A stretch of 18,038 nucleotides of DNA from Sulfolobales archaeon (GTDB lineage Archaea > Thermoproteota > Thermoprotei_A > Sulfolobales > AG1), in NCBI GenBank assembly GCA_038867615.1, contig JAWBYA010000013.1, positions 1 to 18,038 on the forward strand, in the 5' to 3' direction. Both the position numbers and the translations under genes were made by a program. This document shows, in pieces, positions 16,713 to 18,038 of this stretch. Every line of letters starts with the position of its first letter. Position 1 is the stretch's first letter. The notes below the pieces were generated by a model, which was not told the origin of the DNA, did no database searches, and saw only the letters and a program-made list of their open reading frames with translations.

Positions 16713-17346
16713 AAAACCGATTGTTATCGCATCACTGCCAATAAGATCGCCTCAAGACCTTTTGAAGATCGGGACTGCCGATGACGCGGATCTTGTAGAG
16801 GCTAGGCTTGACTACATGGATAACCCTCTATCGATAGAACCAGATCTTCTGGCAAGATTTAGGGATAGAATTATAGTCACTATAAGAGATAGATCAGAAG
16901 GGGGTTTAAGAGAGGTTAACGAACGCCTCAAAGCTGAATATCTTAGCAGACTTGATAAACTCGGCCTACTATACGACGTCGAGATATCTTTCGTTGAGAA
17001 ACACGGAATCCCGTATAGTGGGAAGATCCTCTCGATCCATTACATATCCAGGCTACCAACAAAAGAGGAAGTTATATCGAGAATAAACGCTTATGCAGAG
17101 AAAGCATTCGCTATAAAAATAGCTGTCAATAATATGAAGGGCTATAAAGAGCTTCTAGCATCTCTCCTAGAGGTTGGGTATGATAACATAGCTGTGATGC
17201 CGATGGGCTCAGATCCTCTGGAAAGAATAGCACTAACCCTCATGGGATCAAAACTCATCTATGGATATATAGAAACACCAACAGCCTCGGGACAGATGCA
17301 CTATAAAGAGATTATAAGAATGCTGAAATGTGTCTATGGATCCTGA
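16687..17346 (+). CDS. aroD: Type I 3-dehydroquinate dehydratase
   Basis: DLVEARLDY, VTIRDRSEGG, YDVE, LSIHY, AIKIA (Schiff-base Lys), PTASGQ. GGTGA 6 nt before the GTG. Confidence 0.93.
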   Translation: MAGLGLRNRKPIVIASLPIRSPQDLLKIGTADDADLVEARLDYMDNPLSIEPDLLARFRDRIIVTIRDRSEGGLREVNERLKAEYLSRLDKLGLLYDVEISFVEKHGIPYSGKILSIHYISRLPTKEEVISRINAYAEKAFAIKIAVNNMKGYKELLASLLEVGYDNIAVMPMGSDPLERIALTLMGSKLIYGYIETPTASGQMHYKEIIRMLKCVYGS

Positions 17347-17532
17347 GCAACTGTGATCCTTAATAGACATGTACAACTCTTGGAGCACGTCATAACCAAC
17401 CGCTTCAGACTTCATAAAGTTTATAAGAGCTAATATTAAATTCGTCGTTTTGCGAGAACATAAGTTTATAGCATGAAGTAAGTATAAGCAGTAGTAAACG
17501 CTGACAGGAAGTAGTGCTCAAGCTTAGAGACT

Positions 17533-17538
17533 AAAAAA
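17533..17538 (-). terminator. Putative oligo-T terminator for the minus-strand gene
   Basis: A6 on the plus strand (T6 on minus) about 17 nt past the stop at 17555. Confidence 0.45.
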
Positions 17539-17554
17539 GAGATTATCTTAGCCC

Positions 17555-18038
17555 CTACTTTGTTGTCATAATTCTCCTTACCTGGAGGAGGGTTAGTAGT
17601 GTGAATATGAATGCTAGCAGTGCTAGCACTATAGCAATAGCTATCGGTGCCATAAGCCCCCCAACACCTGCAGAAACACTATCAACCCTAACACCAAGAT
17701 CCCTGCCAAGGGTATCAAGCCTAGAGCCAAAACCAGCTATCGATGATGACAACCCATCCCTAACCAAACCCACCAAACCCCTAAGATCCGAAGACACAGA
17801 ATCAAGCCTGCTAGATAGAGCATCAAACCTACCAGAAAGATCCCTCTGCCCAGTCAATAAACCACCTATATCCGTTCTCACACCACCTAGATCAGCCCTA
17901 ATACCAGCCATAGCAGCCCTGAGATCCTCAAGAACAGCAAGCCTCGTCCTCAGATCGCTCACACTCGACATAACACCAGCTATAGAGCTATTAAGACCAG
18001 ACACACCACCCCTAAGATCACCAGCCACCCTATCAAGC
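17555..18038 (-). CDS. Partial (3' end) repetitive coiled-coil protein with C-terminal transmembrane anchor
   Basis: Frame is open to the window edge (LDRVAGDLRGG...). Recurring SRLD/DLRG units, then hydrophobic PIAIAIVLALLAFIFTLLTLL and a basic tail QVRRIMTTK. Confidence 0.8.
   Translation of the reverse strand, partial: LDRVAGDLRGGVSGLNSSIAGVMSSVSDLRTRLAVLEDLRAAMAGIRADLGGVRTDIGGLLTGQRDLSGRFDALSSRLDSVSSDLRGLVGLVRDGLSSSIAGFGSRLDTLGRDLGVRVDSVSAGVGGLMAPIAIAIVLALLAFIFTLLTLLQVRRIMTTK

Noticed and set aside
17383-17519. GAGCAC...GTGCTC as MITE terminal inverted repeats
   Set aside because: Only 6 bp with no target-site duplication seen; expected by chance.
203-18038. Functional link among ESCRT-III, the Get3-like ATPases and the C-terminally anchored protein as a membrane-trafficking locus
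   Set aside because: They are separate transcription units, separated by a long gap or housekeeping genes; nothing in the sequence supports more than proximity.
1-18038. CRISPR array, tRNA, rRNA or intact transposase
   Set aside because: No regularly spaced repeats, cloverleaf or rRNA-like tract, or transposase ORF was seen by eye.

Overview
Archaeal chromosomal window, most consistent with a crenarchaeote (Thermoproteota). Evidence: TFB with the two-Cys 'CPPD...CEET' ribbon, an ESCRT-III/CdvB paralog, a GHMP-type shikimate kinase, TATA promoters and GGTG(A) ribosome-binding sites. In order it holds: (1) a short structured element at the left edge, possibly an ncRNA or IS200/IS605 tnpB-end remnant; (2) a stand-alone CdvB-like gene; (3) a seven-gene cluster with a divergent CstA-family permease, two paralogous ~100-aa proteins, two ArsA/Get3-family ATPases, a hypothetical protein and a CxxC thioredoxin-like protein; (4) tfb; (5) a ten-gene aromatic amino acid operon (split transketolase, chorismate mutase-prephenate dehydrogenase, aroF, aroB, aroE, aroC, aroK, aroA, aroD); (6) the 3' end of a minus-strand coiled-coil protein with a C-terminal membrane anchor. 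Main candidates: the CstA/ArsA-pair system, whose second ATPase naturally carries the hydrolysis-dead Switch I D->N change and whose first small gene appears to start at CTG, and a 12-codon upstream ORF ([12 protein letters not shown]) containing Phe, Tyr and Trp that overlaps the start of the aromatic operon. All family calls come from motif recognition by eye; no searches were run.
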